DNA of 64,000 nt from Strigamia acuminata. Lineage: Eukaryota. The notes beneath the pieces are model-generated. The model worked only from the letters and a program-made list of their open reading frames with translations, was not told the origin of the DNA and searched no databases. Location of the stretch: assembly GCA_949358305.1 (NCBI GenBank), contig OX442314.1, positions 744,001-808,000 on the forward strand, given 5' to 3'. Numbering within the stretch: position 1 is the first letter of the stretch; every line of letters begins with the position of its first letter. Shown piece after piece: positions 48,101-58,184 of this stretch. The translations under genes were made by a program, and so were the position numbers.

Positions 48101-50061
48101 GTATCTGCTGACTCTCCTTGTTGTTGTGTGGCCACATGGAAAACATGACGCTCATAAGCCACATTTCGTTTTGGTTTAAAATATGTATCAAATGCATCAA
48201 TCACCTGCTGAAATGTCATTTTTTCTCCTTGTGCAACCACAATAGTGAATGTTTCAAACAGTTCTTGCATTTCTGCTCCTCCAGTGTGAAGTAATAATGC
48301 TGGTTTGGACTCAGTTTTGGCACCCATGGCATCAGCGTAATGTTGAAATGCACGCTTGTATTTTTCCCATCTCTCACTCACATTGGGGCCATCAATTGGA
48401 AATTTGTCCAGTGGAGTTATGTAATTTGCCATCCTCGTCGCCAATGTTGTATATCCTTTGATATAACCTCATAAATGATTACTACAGCATTAAATGTGTC
48501 CATTAACTGCTATCATTTATTCACCGGGTCGCCATTATTATAACTCTCGGTTTCTCACCACCAATCACAATACAACAAACACTAGCACCAACTGGTGACA
48601 ATAATATAACTAACCATTATTAGGCAAACACTACAATCGTTAAAAGTAATTTACACTGTATGACCAAAATATCGGCCAGTTAGACTGGGGATCTCCATTC
48701 TCCAACCATTAGACAACGAATTAAAGGACACCAAACCCAACAATCTCGAGTTTCTTGTCTTTATTTACGTGAGGATGCGTCCCACCCCAGGGTACCTTGA
48801 CTCTAGGTTACCCTGGATAAGATCAGACAATGACAATTTGTTATTTTCGTTTGATGAATTCACCGTCAGTGGGGGAAACGTTCCAGAGCGCATTCATCTC
48901 TTTCATGATGGGCGCGAGGTGGAAACGGTGTTTCTCCATCACTTGCGTCAAGTCGTTTTTGTACGCGTATCGGAACTGGTTACTGACGTAGCATTCAACG
49001 TGCAACCTGTACGACGCACTCACGACTCGGCCGTTGTTTTTGAAGTAGTTCTCCGGGTCTGGGAACATCTTCAGGAATTCCTCAACGCTGAACTTGCTGC
49101 AACTTGATGACAAAAATCAATACAAACAACGACAAATCATGAAATAAAAACATTGAAAACGGTTTGTTTATAGAAACGCCATAAAAACGAAATAAAATAG
49201 GCAAAATAAGTAGAAAACCTTTCGACAAATTTCCGCTTGACCGCCGCCTTTGGAGCTTTGGCCAACCTGGGATATGAGCGATTTTCCAACCACCCGTTAA
49301 CCCTAGCGTTGATGTAATTCACATCGTTCTTCCATTTCTCTATAAACGTTCGCAGGTATTCCGGATTAGCGTCCGGAAAGAGCTCCAAAACCGAGTTCAG
49401 TTTCTCCATCGTAGCCGACACATTGTAATTCTTTTCTTTCGAAGAGGACGCGATCGCTTCCCGCCCGTTATTCCCGGCATTCGGGGCTGCATTCGTCACT
49501 GGAAACGGCGCCATCTCCTTCATATCGAGCAACTCGCCGATGACTAAGCGCACCCGGTTTGGATTCTCGTGATGCGCTTCCAGATACGCGAGGATTTCCT
49601 CCCGGCTCTTGTTCGGGACGAATCTGCTCACCACCTCAACATCGTTGATCAATTCGTTCAACTTGTTCGGTTGATTTTCTTCCGGGATGTGCAACTGCGC
49701 TTTTTCGGGTTGCTTTGATCGTTCGGCGATCAAACGATCAATGACGATGTTTCTTCTGTTGGGATTCGCACTCAAGGTTTCAATCAACTGGCAAACTTCG
49801 TTCTGATCTACCAAGAAATCCAGGTGGAGCACTCGAAGCGCGGTAACGATATTAGTCACTTCCTACGTACAAATTAAATCCATTTTAATTGATAGTTGGG
49901 ATTAATTTAGGACGAAATACTTCTGTGATGTCGTTTCCATCAACGGCGTGCTTCGGCGCGGGCGTCACAGCAATCTTACCGGGAACGTACGGACGATTCG
50001 CAATGTCGTCGTCGTCTTCGTCGCTGCTCTGGCGGGATTTAAAAGATGTAACTTTTTTCAT
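42108..50061 (-). CDS. RNF216: RNF216/TRIAD3-like RBR E3 ligase, copy D (reading frame intact; intron 3 carries a ~5.1 kb nested insertion)
   Basis: Exons 50061-49921, 49862-49219, 49096-48864, 43669-43535, 43478-43043, 42986-42744, 42693-42108, with the same phases as copy A. RING2 EYGCNKMTC; Q/L-rich and (SPPR)n tail. Confidence 0.82.
44108..48635 (-). mobile_element. Full-length Ty3/Gypsy (Mag-like) LTR retrotransposon, very recent
   Basis: Identical 191-bp TG...CA LTRs at 44108-44298 and 48445-48635; 5-bp TSD ATCGT; PBS TGGCGACGAGGATGG (tRNA-Ser GCT 3' end). Confidence 0.97.
44437..48432 (-). CDS. Gag-Pol polyprotein, about 1331 aa, uninterrupted
   Basis: 2 CCHC knuckles, IDTGS protease, RT with YADN, VDAGPNG RNase H, HESH...CIPC and D,D(35)E integrase. 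First ATG at 48432. Confidence 0.93.
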   Translation of the reverse strand: MANYITPLDKFPIDGPNVSERWEKYKRAFQHYADAMGAKTESKPALLLHTGGAEMQELFETFTIVVAQGEKMTFQQVIDAFDTYFKPKRNVAYERHVFHVATQQQGESADTYVSRLRTLIKHCEYGADGDDHIRDQFIEKCAENRLRKRLLREENLKLDGLLTIARALEAVERQASAMNSESQPENTEKVHFMKKNLQKWKDKNKNKFDSRPQEGATAESGRQCTRCGRNGHTGQFCRVAKNAKCNKCAKIGHYAKCCKSKIDGSTHNNNKEGGHDKKPQKQETNFMAHTAKEESDDEWLFSLSNDNKKRREVSVCLNGTEAMLFIDTGSSVNILSPTLWNKIKKNGQQLNPTKARVFAYGQDRPLTLLGQSEVSIKFGERKTKTIFVITDKDYPCLLGSQTAEEIGAVIFPQMVNMVSNQLDCIVSKHNSVFKGLGKLKGYQASIEVIEGKQVPAQHVRRLPYHLRGPVEQEIERLRVLGVIEEVPNPMDPKLVVNPLRPVIKKDGSIRLCLAAMALNEVIKKPKCVIPLIDDMIQEMADFAMASELDFNEAFEQIELDEQSRNLTGFTTESGTYRFTRLIYGISVSAEIFQAIIQRVLRNCKGVKNYADNVTVVGSSVMDHHNNLDKVLATLKENGLTLNRKKCKFGLEKLAFLGYLVTSKGVALGEEKIRKMKELRDPEDVHELRGVLSLANACEKFLPHLANMVEPMRRLTRKNAVWNWDQEQKEAFQRLKQAVAEATMLNYFKKDLETFLVVDAGPNGLGAVLTQRKKEGGLAIIAFASKALSETERRYSQTEKEALAVIWGCEKFHMYLFGRQFTVVTDHKPLEVIYSATSRASARIERWLLRLQQYKFAIKYESGLTNIADPLSRLLKTEGKPERSIEKLTEHYVNFMVRHAIPKAVTIEEIIQATGNDAELQQVITAIQSGSWNNAQKDFKQIKMELTSVGGVVLRENRIVVPLELRKKILAIVHESHQGIVRTKALLRGKVWWPGMDTQVEDMIRACIPCQAQAQPERVQPMRMTDWATKPWTHLAVDICGPFPDGSGVVVLVDYYTKWPEAKVMTSTTASKIVDWFEDVFAAHGYPESITSDNGPQFISEEYKQYAKDCGIKLRHVTPYWPQANGQVERLNRSFLKAVRAANLEQQGLRGALRSFLKMYRVTPHRMTGKSPAELLMSRQLRTKLPEWSESKGGELSQERREKQQKAKEYADGKRRAEVTDITVGEKVLVKATKKANKLATVFRPEPLTVVQNNNGQLVLKTTDGVLVKRNVAQVKKISVEVESEDYSDDGGPDNLVGDNPENEAVAEMPNENQRPRRERRRPAYLEDYDCD

Positions 50062-51319
50062 CGCTTTTCATTCTTAAATTAAGAAATCAGTGTGCTTTTT
50101 TATTGATATTCTTAACTGTTCCACTCTGTGAAAAGAAACGGGAAGTTAGAACGAGTTTTGTACGAATTCTTCGAATGTTCACCTGGAAATTTGATGCGAT
50201 CAAGTTCGAGCCGTCAATTAAAACAGAGTGGTAGAAAAGTGAACCACTGGCCAAACATTTGTTGCAAGAAGAACACGAAATAGATATTCAGGCCTAGATT
50301 TGGAAATGTAAGCAAAAAGTTGTGAGATGACTGTTGTTTCATTTGTTTTGTTTTAAACAAAACAAAATATCGTTCTCATCCTTTTTATTATTTTATTTGC
50401 AAAATTATTGTTATTGTTTTCATTAGTATTATTATTATTATTATTATTCGTGGAACGATTTCACGGGTTGAGGTTGCCAGGCGACTCCAGCTTAGCAGCT
50501 CAACATTATTTTATTTAAGTATTGTTGTAGCATTAAAAAAATGTATGTAACTTGCCGACCTTATAGAAAGTTCACCCCAACACATGGAGCACTCAAAGCC
50601 CCATTGTCAAGGCTGCACTGCATTGCACAATAATATGATTGGATACTAACTTCAGCTGATTCACTTTGCCGCAACTTTCTGTTCAAAGAATCATGTGTAG
50701 TTGTATAGATATAAAGAAATTCATTTTCTCATTATGTTTTTATTTGTTTTTCTATATCTTTATAAAATGTACAAAATTGTTTCAAGCACTGCAAACATTT
50801 CCTTCATTTTTGAGGTGCCTGAAATTCAACTCAACGGAGGACAATCTTTCGTACGCCAGGGATGTTTGAAATGGCGGTCGGGGTGGCGAACCAAGTGTGC
50901 CGCCGATGATTGTGCCACGCTCCGACGTTAAGGCACGTTAGGTTATGTTACGAGGAAATAACAATACCGGTATTACTAACACTCCCATCCCCCATCTGGT
51001 GTCAAAATATACCAACTGGCGTTAAAATGGGACTACAGACCGTTCTGGGCCATGAAGTTTCAAAAATTTTGAAAATTTTGAAATTTTGAACATTTTGAAA
51101 TTTTGAAATTTTGAACATTTTGAAATTTTGAAAATAATAATAATAATAATAATGAAAATCATAACAATAATTTCGCGACGAAAATAATAATAAAGGATGA
51201 GAACGATATTTTGTATTGTTTAAAACAAAACACAACCACAACGATCATCTCAAAACTTTTGGCTTCCGTTCCAAAATCTAGGCCTGAAAGCTTATTTCGT
51301 CTTCTTCTTGCAACCAGAA

Positions 51320-52250
51320 GAAGACGAAGAAGAAGAAGACATTGCGACCACATTGCAACCACATTACACAAGTATTTCGTCGTAAATTAGTCCCAACTAT
51401 CAAACAAAATAATTAAAATGGATTTAATTTGTACGTAGGAACTGACTAATATCGTTAACTCGCTTCGAGTGCTCCGAACGAAGTTTACAAGATGATTGGA
51501 ACCGTGAGAGCGAATCCCAACCGAAGAAACATCGTCATGGATCGCTTGATCGCAGAACGGCTAACTGAATCCGAAAAAGCGCCGTTGTCCACCCCGAAAG
51601 ATCAGAAAACGCACCGAACAAGTTCAACGAATTGATCAACGAATCGTTAATCAATTCGGTGGTGAGCAGATTCGTTCCGAACGAGAGCCGGGAGGAAATC
51701 CTCGCGTATCTGGAAGCGTTTCACGAGAATCCCAACCGAGTACGCATCGTGATCGGCGAGTTGCTCGGAATGAACGGAATGGCGCCTTTTCCCGTGACGA
51801 ATAAAGCGACGAATGCCGGGAATAATGGGCCGGAAACCATCGCTTCTACTTCGACGGAAAAGAATAACAATGTTTCGGCGACGATGGAGAAGGTCAAGTC
51901 GATTTTGGAGCTCTTTCCGGACGCTGATCCCGAATACCTGCGCACTTTTGTGGAGAGATGGAAGGACGATGTGAATTACATAAAGCCACGGTTTACGACT
52001 GGTTGGAAAACCGTTCGTATCCCAGGTTGGCCGAAGCTCAAAAGGCGGCTGTCAAGCGGAAATTTGTCGAAAGGTTTTCTACTTATTTTGTCTATTTTAT
52101 TTAGTTTTTATAGCGTTTCTATAAACAAACCGTTTTTAATGTTTTTATTTCATGATTTGTCGTTATTTGTATTGATTTTTGTCACCATTTTGCACCGAAT
52201 TTGTTTTGCAGCAAGTTCAGCGTTGAGGAATGTTCCCGGACCCGGAGAAC
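51320..52250 (+). pseudogene. RNF216-like copy E (duplicate of B)
   Basis: ORF 51632-52315 carries the exon-2 homology with frameshifts; cut within exon 3 by a repeat. Confidence 0.85.
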
Positions 52251-52589
52251 TACATTTGATTCGGGATTTCAGATCAAGTTCTAGGCTGAGTGTAGAAAAT
52301 ATCGGGTGTTGTTAGGCGATTACGCCCTCGCTGTTCTTTTTGTTTCCAGGCCTAACTACACACGTAAGTATTATTCTTCTTCTTTAGTCGTAAACAAAAA
52401 ATAAGTGCTGCAAAATTGCTCAACTTACATCGTAGTGCCGTCGATTTAACTCTAATAATAATAATAATAACCGAAAATATCGTTCAAAACTTCTTTTAAA
52501 CGGGTTTAAACGACCGTTTATGCGTTAGTGAATACGCCTAACACTAAAAACCACACAAAATGAATAAAATCAACCAAATAACTATAAAA

Positions 52590-53295
52590 CCTTTCTATAA
52601 ATTTCTCTTTAGCTTTGGCCAACTTTGGATACGAGTTATTCTCCATCCAGCCGTAAACCGTCGTGTTGATGTAATTCACATCGTCCGCCCATTTCTCGAC
52701 GAAATTGCGCAGATATTCGGGATCTGCGTGCGGGAAGAGCTCCAAAATGGATTTGACTTTCTCCATCGCCATCGATTCGGCCCAAGTCGACTTTGCCCCA
52801 TCATTCCCGGCGCTCCGACCGTCATTCGCCGCAGGAAACGGCGCCGGCCCATTCATTCCGAGCAACTCGCTAACCACGATGCGAACTCGGTCTGGATTCT
52901 CGTGATGCGCCTCCAAATACGCGAGAATCTCCTCCCGGCTTTTGTTCGGAACGAAATTGCTGACCACCTCCACATCGCTGACCAATTCGTCGAACTTGTC
53001 TGTTTTCCTCCGGCATGTTCATCGGCGCTTGTTTGGGTTTTTTTAGCCGTTCGGCAATCAAACGATGAATGTTGGCATTTTTACGATTCAAGCAACGCGC
53101 GAATTTGATTCGGATCTACTACGAAATCCGGATGCAGTTCTCGAAACGTGTTTACGATAAAAGTTACTTTCTACATGCAAATTAAATAATTTTCATTTGC
53201 TTTGATACTTGTGAAGTGTGGCAATAAATAGTTTACGATCAAATGTCTCTAAAATGTCATTTTCTTCGCCAATTTTGCCGGAATGCCCGGACGAT
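52590..53295 (-). pseudogene. RNF216-like copy F (duplicate of C)
   Basis: ORF 52518-52985 (NKSREEILAYLEAHHENPDRV...LELFPHADPEYL); frameshift upstream and no RBR exons. Confidence 0.85.
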
Positions 53296-54244
53296 GCGGG
53301 AGGAGATGGCAAGACACATCAGTAGGATCTTGCGCAGCATCCCGCATTTTAATATTCCTTGTGCGCTGCAGAGAAGTTTCAAGGGAACGTTTTCAATTTT
53401 TAATTTAAAATAATTTGAGTTTCGTCTGATCAAAATAAGCGGAAGAATGAATTCAACTGCAATCAGCAGATTGTCCTTCGAATTGATAGAAAAGAAAACG
53501 TTGAATTTCAGGCACCTCAAAAACGAAGGAATTAATTCTCGACAATTCTTGAAACAATTTTGTAAATTTTATAAAGAGAGAAAAACAAATAAAACATGAT
53601 AAGAAAATGATTTTCTCTATATTTATACAAGTGTGACCTTTGGTCACCCTGGTCGTCGGGTTCATGTCACCCCTTCGTCGCCACTCTGGCGCCTCGCCTT
53701 CCGGGTGGCACACTTGCCGGTCACTTACCAGTTGGGCCAAAACTTCATCCTCCACTCTTCTAAACAGAGTAGATTTATTTGTCAGTAACCTGACCAACTG
53801 TCACTAGAGGGAAAAAGATGGAAGCTACATGCTGCTTTATACATTGTATTGTTGGCAATACAATGTACTAATTCAATGCAATAAAGCCTGCATAAATTCC
53901 TTGTGGTGTTAATACACCACACCTGGAAACAAAAAGATCAGCGAGGGCGTAATCGCCTAACAACACTCGATATTTTCCTAGAACTTGATCTGAAATCCCG
54001 GATCAAGTTTGGAAGTTTAAACAATCGCTTACTTAACAAATAAATCGAGTCATACCGAAAGCGAGGTCACGGGACACCCATTGCGGATTTGACGGTCATA
54101 GGTACGCTTTTAGTTTGCATTACACAAATTTTCCCATTTTTGACCCACAAATTAAATTTTTATCCACACAATGGAATTTTTAGACCCAAAATAGTAATAA
54201 GGGAAAAGTGCAGCCCGCAAAAACTTAAATTATCTTTAGTAATA

Positions 54245-55735
54245 CCTTGGACAAATAGAGAAGGACTAGTCACTCCTATTGTCCAGGCTGAAGGGCACGT
54301 TTCCGGAAATGGTTACCCTTAAACTCTACCTAGTGGTGGAATTCACAACTATTCAGACAAACAATCAACGTGATACGCGTGAATTGTAGCATTAGCTGGA
54401 GGCAATTGAAGCGTGGACTAATAGCGATTGAAGTAATAAGTAAAATTTTTGTTTAATTACTTTGATATGTTTGATTATTTGTTCTGTTAACACCGTGTTC
54501 GGATTCCAACAATCCGCGACCGTCGCGGCCGTCATTCGAATTGTAGAGCAAATTTCACTTGAGATTTGAGTTTTTGTTACTCAGCATCCACTTCAAACGG
54601 CGGGAAAGAGCGTGATCAAATTATGTTGGTTTTTCGTCGCATCGGACAACTTGCTTAAAAGCTCATCATCGACAAAACGACCTGGTCGACAAGACGGCGT
54701 CTTGTCGACGCCGACAAACTATTAATTTTAATGTTTTTTTAAAAAAAATTTTTCCAATATTTCTTTTAATTTATTTTCCAAAACGCGTGGTGTCGTCAGC
54801 GGACCTCACTGCCGACCACTGCGCGTCTGCAAGTCGCCCCTGCAACCGCGTGCAATTTGCTCGTACGACCGCGTGCACGTCGCTCCTGCAACCGCGTGCA
54901 TATCGCTCGTACGACCGCGGGCACGTCGCTCGTGCGACCGCGTGCACGCCACTCGTGCGACCGCGTGCACGCCACTCGTGCGACCACGTGCAGATTGCGC
55001 AGTAGTCGGCGGTGAAGTTGTCAAATAATTTCGAAAATGATGACACATGTCATGTATAGACCCGTCTGTCGCAAGCCTGTCCGCCCACCCGAACGCCCGC
55101 CCGTCCGTCCGAACGCCCGCCCGTCCATCCGTACGCCAGTCCGCTCGAAAGCCCGTCTGCCCCAACGACCGGGGAAGGGCCAATAGCGGGCGATTGCTGA
55201 CACTTCCGCCGTGTTTTGCCACCCGTCTGCCACCCGAACACCGAACAAATTAACGGGCGAGCGGACGGGAGTTCTGGCAGGGCGGGCGTTTTACCATGTG
55301 CCAGTTCGAATCGTAACGTCACAACGACATTACGATTTTAGACATCTTATTATCGATTTTTCTTTATTTTAGCCGTCTTGTGATGGATTTTTTTGTAGTT
55401 TTAGACATCCAAACTGATGAAATTTGTAATAACTTATTCAAAGCAACATCTAAAATGATGAAAAATGCACCTAAATATGTTTAAAATGGTGAACATTCCA
55501 TCAAAAGGGGTCTAAAATGATGGAAAATTAATCAAAAACATCCAAAATTATTTTAAAGTATTTTCAAAAAGCAATTAAAATACGCAAAGCATCGATAAAT
55601 ACATAAAATGCATGCATACTGCTTGTTTGTTTGTCTGAATAGTGCGAAATATTTCCACCAGGTGGCGAGTTGTCTATGACGGTGTTTGAAACAACAAAAT
55701 GGCGGAGTGACTAGTCCTTCTCTATTTGTCCAAGG
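54245..55735. mobile_element. Non-autonomous TIR DNA transposon, 1.49 kb
   Basis: Perfect 32-bp TIR CCTTGGACAAATAGAGAAGGACTAGTCACTCC, flanked by TA (TAATA) on both sides; internal GC-rich tandem repeats; no transposase ORF. Confidence 0.88.
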
Positions 55736-55748
55736 TAATACCTAGGAC

Positions 55749-56365
55749 TAGGACGATTACCTACAAGACTTCACATCCGTAGAAATGCGAAGAAGGAGCC
55801 ATCTGTCGTTGCATTGTTAAAACTTTTTGCGGGCAAATGGCGGACAATTGACATCCCACATTTACATTTTTGGAGGATGTTATACAGGGGCGGATCTAGC
55901 TTTTCAGGGGCCCGGGGCTTGAGGTTTTTTCGGGGCCCCTTTATCGAAATTTTTAATAGCAACCTTTCATCTTTTTTGTTTTTTAGCAACCTTTTTTTTT
56001 TTTTTTTTTTTTAGTACATGGCCCTGCGTCTTGGGGGCCCCCTAAAATTTGGGGGCCCGGGGCTCAAGCCCCATTAGCCCCTATGTAGATCCGCCCCTGA
56101 TGTTATAACATAGTTCAATTTTATTTAACGTTTGATTTAAAAATAATATCTAAAAATGTAATAAATAATTTTCAGACATTATTTTTAACTTAAACATAAA
56201 ATATAAATGTCCTCTAAAAATGTAAATGCTGAATGTCATGTCAGTTGTCCGCCATTTGCTTGCAAAATAATGTCATTTTGTGCCGTTTCCGCCGGATGGC
56301 GCCACGATCACAAGACAGAATCGCTTTACAATGCTATATGTGAAGTCCTGTAGTTGATCGTCCTA
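55749..56365. mobile_element. TIR element (hAT-like) hosting a nested MITE
   Basis: TAGGACGATTACCTACAAGACTTCACAT ... ATGTGAAGTCCTGTAGTTGATCGTCCTA; candidate 8-bp TSD AGTAATAC. Confidence 0.65.
55885..56099. mobile_element. hAT-like MITE, 215 bp
   Basis: TIR CAGGGGCGGATCTA...TAGATCCGCCCCTG; exact 8-bp TSD ATGTTATA. Confidence 0.92.
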
Positions 56366-56889
56366 AGTAATACTAATTGTTTACACTCAATTTAAATGTA
56401 AACAATATAAAAATCAAATTTTTAACTTTAGACTGGAAAATAGGAGAAAACACGTACAAGTACGCGGTACTTCCGCAGGTTAGGGAAAGTACCGCGGTCC
56501 CCGTACACAGCTTTCACAAAAGTATCGCGGTACAGGCTGCTGTGCAGTACCGGTATCGGCGTTACGATACTTCCGGTACAGTATCGTGTTACGTGATGGC
56601 ACAGCATTTGTTTCCTTATTGCACAAATTTTGCAATCAGGAAAAGTAGAGGGAAAAGGCGACAATTTTTATGACCGGGATTGTACATTCCAAGGTTTAAT
56701 TATTTAATAGAGTGAATGTTTAGAATATTCCTGAAATGCTGTCAAATTTTACTCTAATAAATTTGACAAACAAAGATCTATTTGAACAAAATAAATTCAA
56801 TTAATTTCCTCCGCGATATTGTCACAATCAGCTTTAAATAGCGAACAGAATGAGTGAAATGCAAACCATATCTCAACTATTCTACTAAA

Positions 56890-57045
56890 ATGAAGCTAGT
56901 TATTTTATTACTTTTAGCATTTGTTGTTGTCGTCACTGCACAACCGCTACCAACTCCCGATCGAGTAATTTTCAATGATGACGAAGTAGTCGACGTCGTA
57001 ATAAATCAGGGTGAAAACCCTATCTTGATAAGAACATACCACTAA
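56890..57045 (+). CDS. Small secreted peptide precursor, 51 aa, unknown family
   Basis: AAAATG start; signal peptide MKLVILLLLAFVVVVTA; TTTAAATA upstream at ~56833; AG|GTGAGT...TTTAG intron 57048-57122 just after the stop; AATAAA at ~57193. Confidence 0.7.
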   Translation: MKLVILLLLAFVVVVTAQPLPTPDRVIFNDDEVVDVVINQGENPILIRTYH

Positions 57046-58184
57046 AGGTGAGTTTAATTAAAACAGCCATTATTACATAAAGCATTTTGATTAATCATAA
57101 ACGTTTCTTTGTTTTTCTTTAGCGCCTGTTTGCAGCAGGCTAAATTCTGTTTATTCGATTTGCAATCAACAATTTGTGTTCACTTGATTTGAAATAAACA
57201 ATTCTGTGCATTTGATAAAATACCATTTTTTTCCTATAAAATAAAAAAAATAAAACAGAATACAATAAAAACAAGAATAATTTTAAAAAAATCAACTTGA
57301 GTTTGTCTTTCAATAGTTGAAAAATAATTTTAAACACATTCTGCTGCGATCCGGCATTCTCTCTATATAAACTATCGCAATCTAGAGCGGTCACATCCTG
57401 CTAACAAGATCAATTCTTTCTCCAACATGTTTCAACCGTTGAAAAGAAATATCTAGCAATCATTTCGTTCCTTGTAATTCTGTCGTGCATGGATAAGTTA
57501 CATTTTGCACAAAAATAATTAATTTATTAGTCGGCATTGACATCACACCACACATACGAAAGAGGCAAATTGAACTGCGAAAACGGAGGGACAGTACATA
57601 GGTGTGATGAAAAGACCAATATCTGCAGATGCTTCTAGCTAATGAGGAAAGGGCCAACAAAAGTGTCCAAACCTCGGGCTCTGCCACATGATCAAACCCG
57701 AGACGAACTGGGCACAAGCAGAAAAATAAACATTTTAGCAATATTACAAATAAACAATGTAAACATATGTTAAATAAAACAAAATTGATTTTAAAATGGA
57801 TCTGTGTTTCACGGAGTTCGAGAAAGCCGTTTGGTTTTTATTTTCGACTGGAAATATGTAGGCGCATATCGTTTTTGTTGGTCGAATGATTGCGACCGAT
57901 CGATCTCCGTCTAGCGGTCCAACTTTGTATCAACAAACAAACACAAATCAAACACAGCGGCGCGAGTTCAGCGCGCGCAATTTCAAGTTCATCACATCGA
58001 ACATGCAAGTTTCGGCTTTTGTCGTCGAATCTCGGCTGAGGAAATTGATTCAGGTATTTCTGAGGAATATATTAAACTTCGGAGCCGTTAGGAATATCAA
58101 TAAATAACCGCCATGATTTCTTAATTTAATCATAAAAATCGATGAAAAAAGTTGAATTTTTAAAATCCCGTCTCAGCAACGACG

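Larger units (their letters stand above)
43704..48822. mobile_element. Older LTR-like insertion (about 43704-44102 plus 48641-48822) split by the Gypsy element
   Basis: Starts TGTGATCCTTTGGCCACC, like the LTR starts at 53632 and 59891; absent from the ~56-nt equivalent intron of copy A; no TSD found. Confidence 0.45.
50700..53632. repeat. Segmental duplicate of about 38700-41760 (3'UTR of A, copy B, copy C, 3'UTR of D)
   Basis: Colinear high similarity, e.g. CCCCCATCTGGTGTCAAAAT at ~39055 / ~50990 and shared deletions in the pseudogenes. Confidence 0.85.

Noticed and set aside
54771..55322. Arg/Ala-rich ORFs as a transposase
   Set aside because: They derive from GC-rich tandem repeats inside a non-autonomous element and have no DDE motif.
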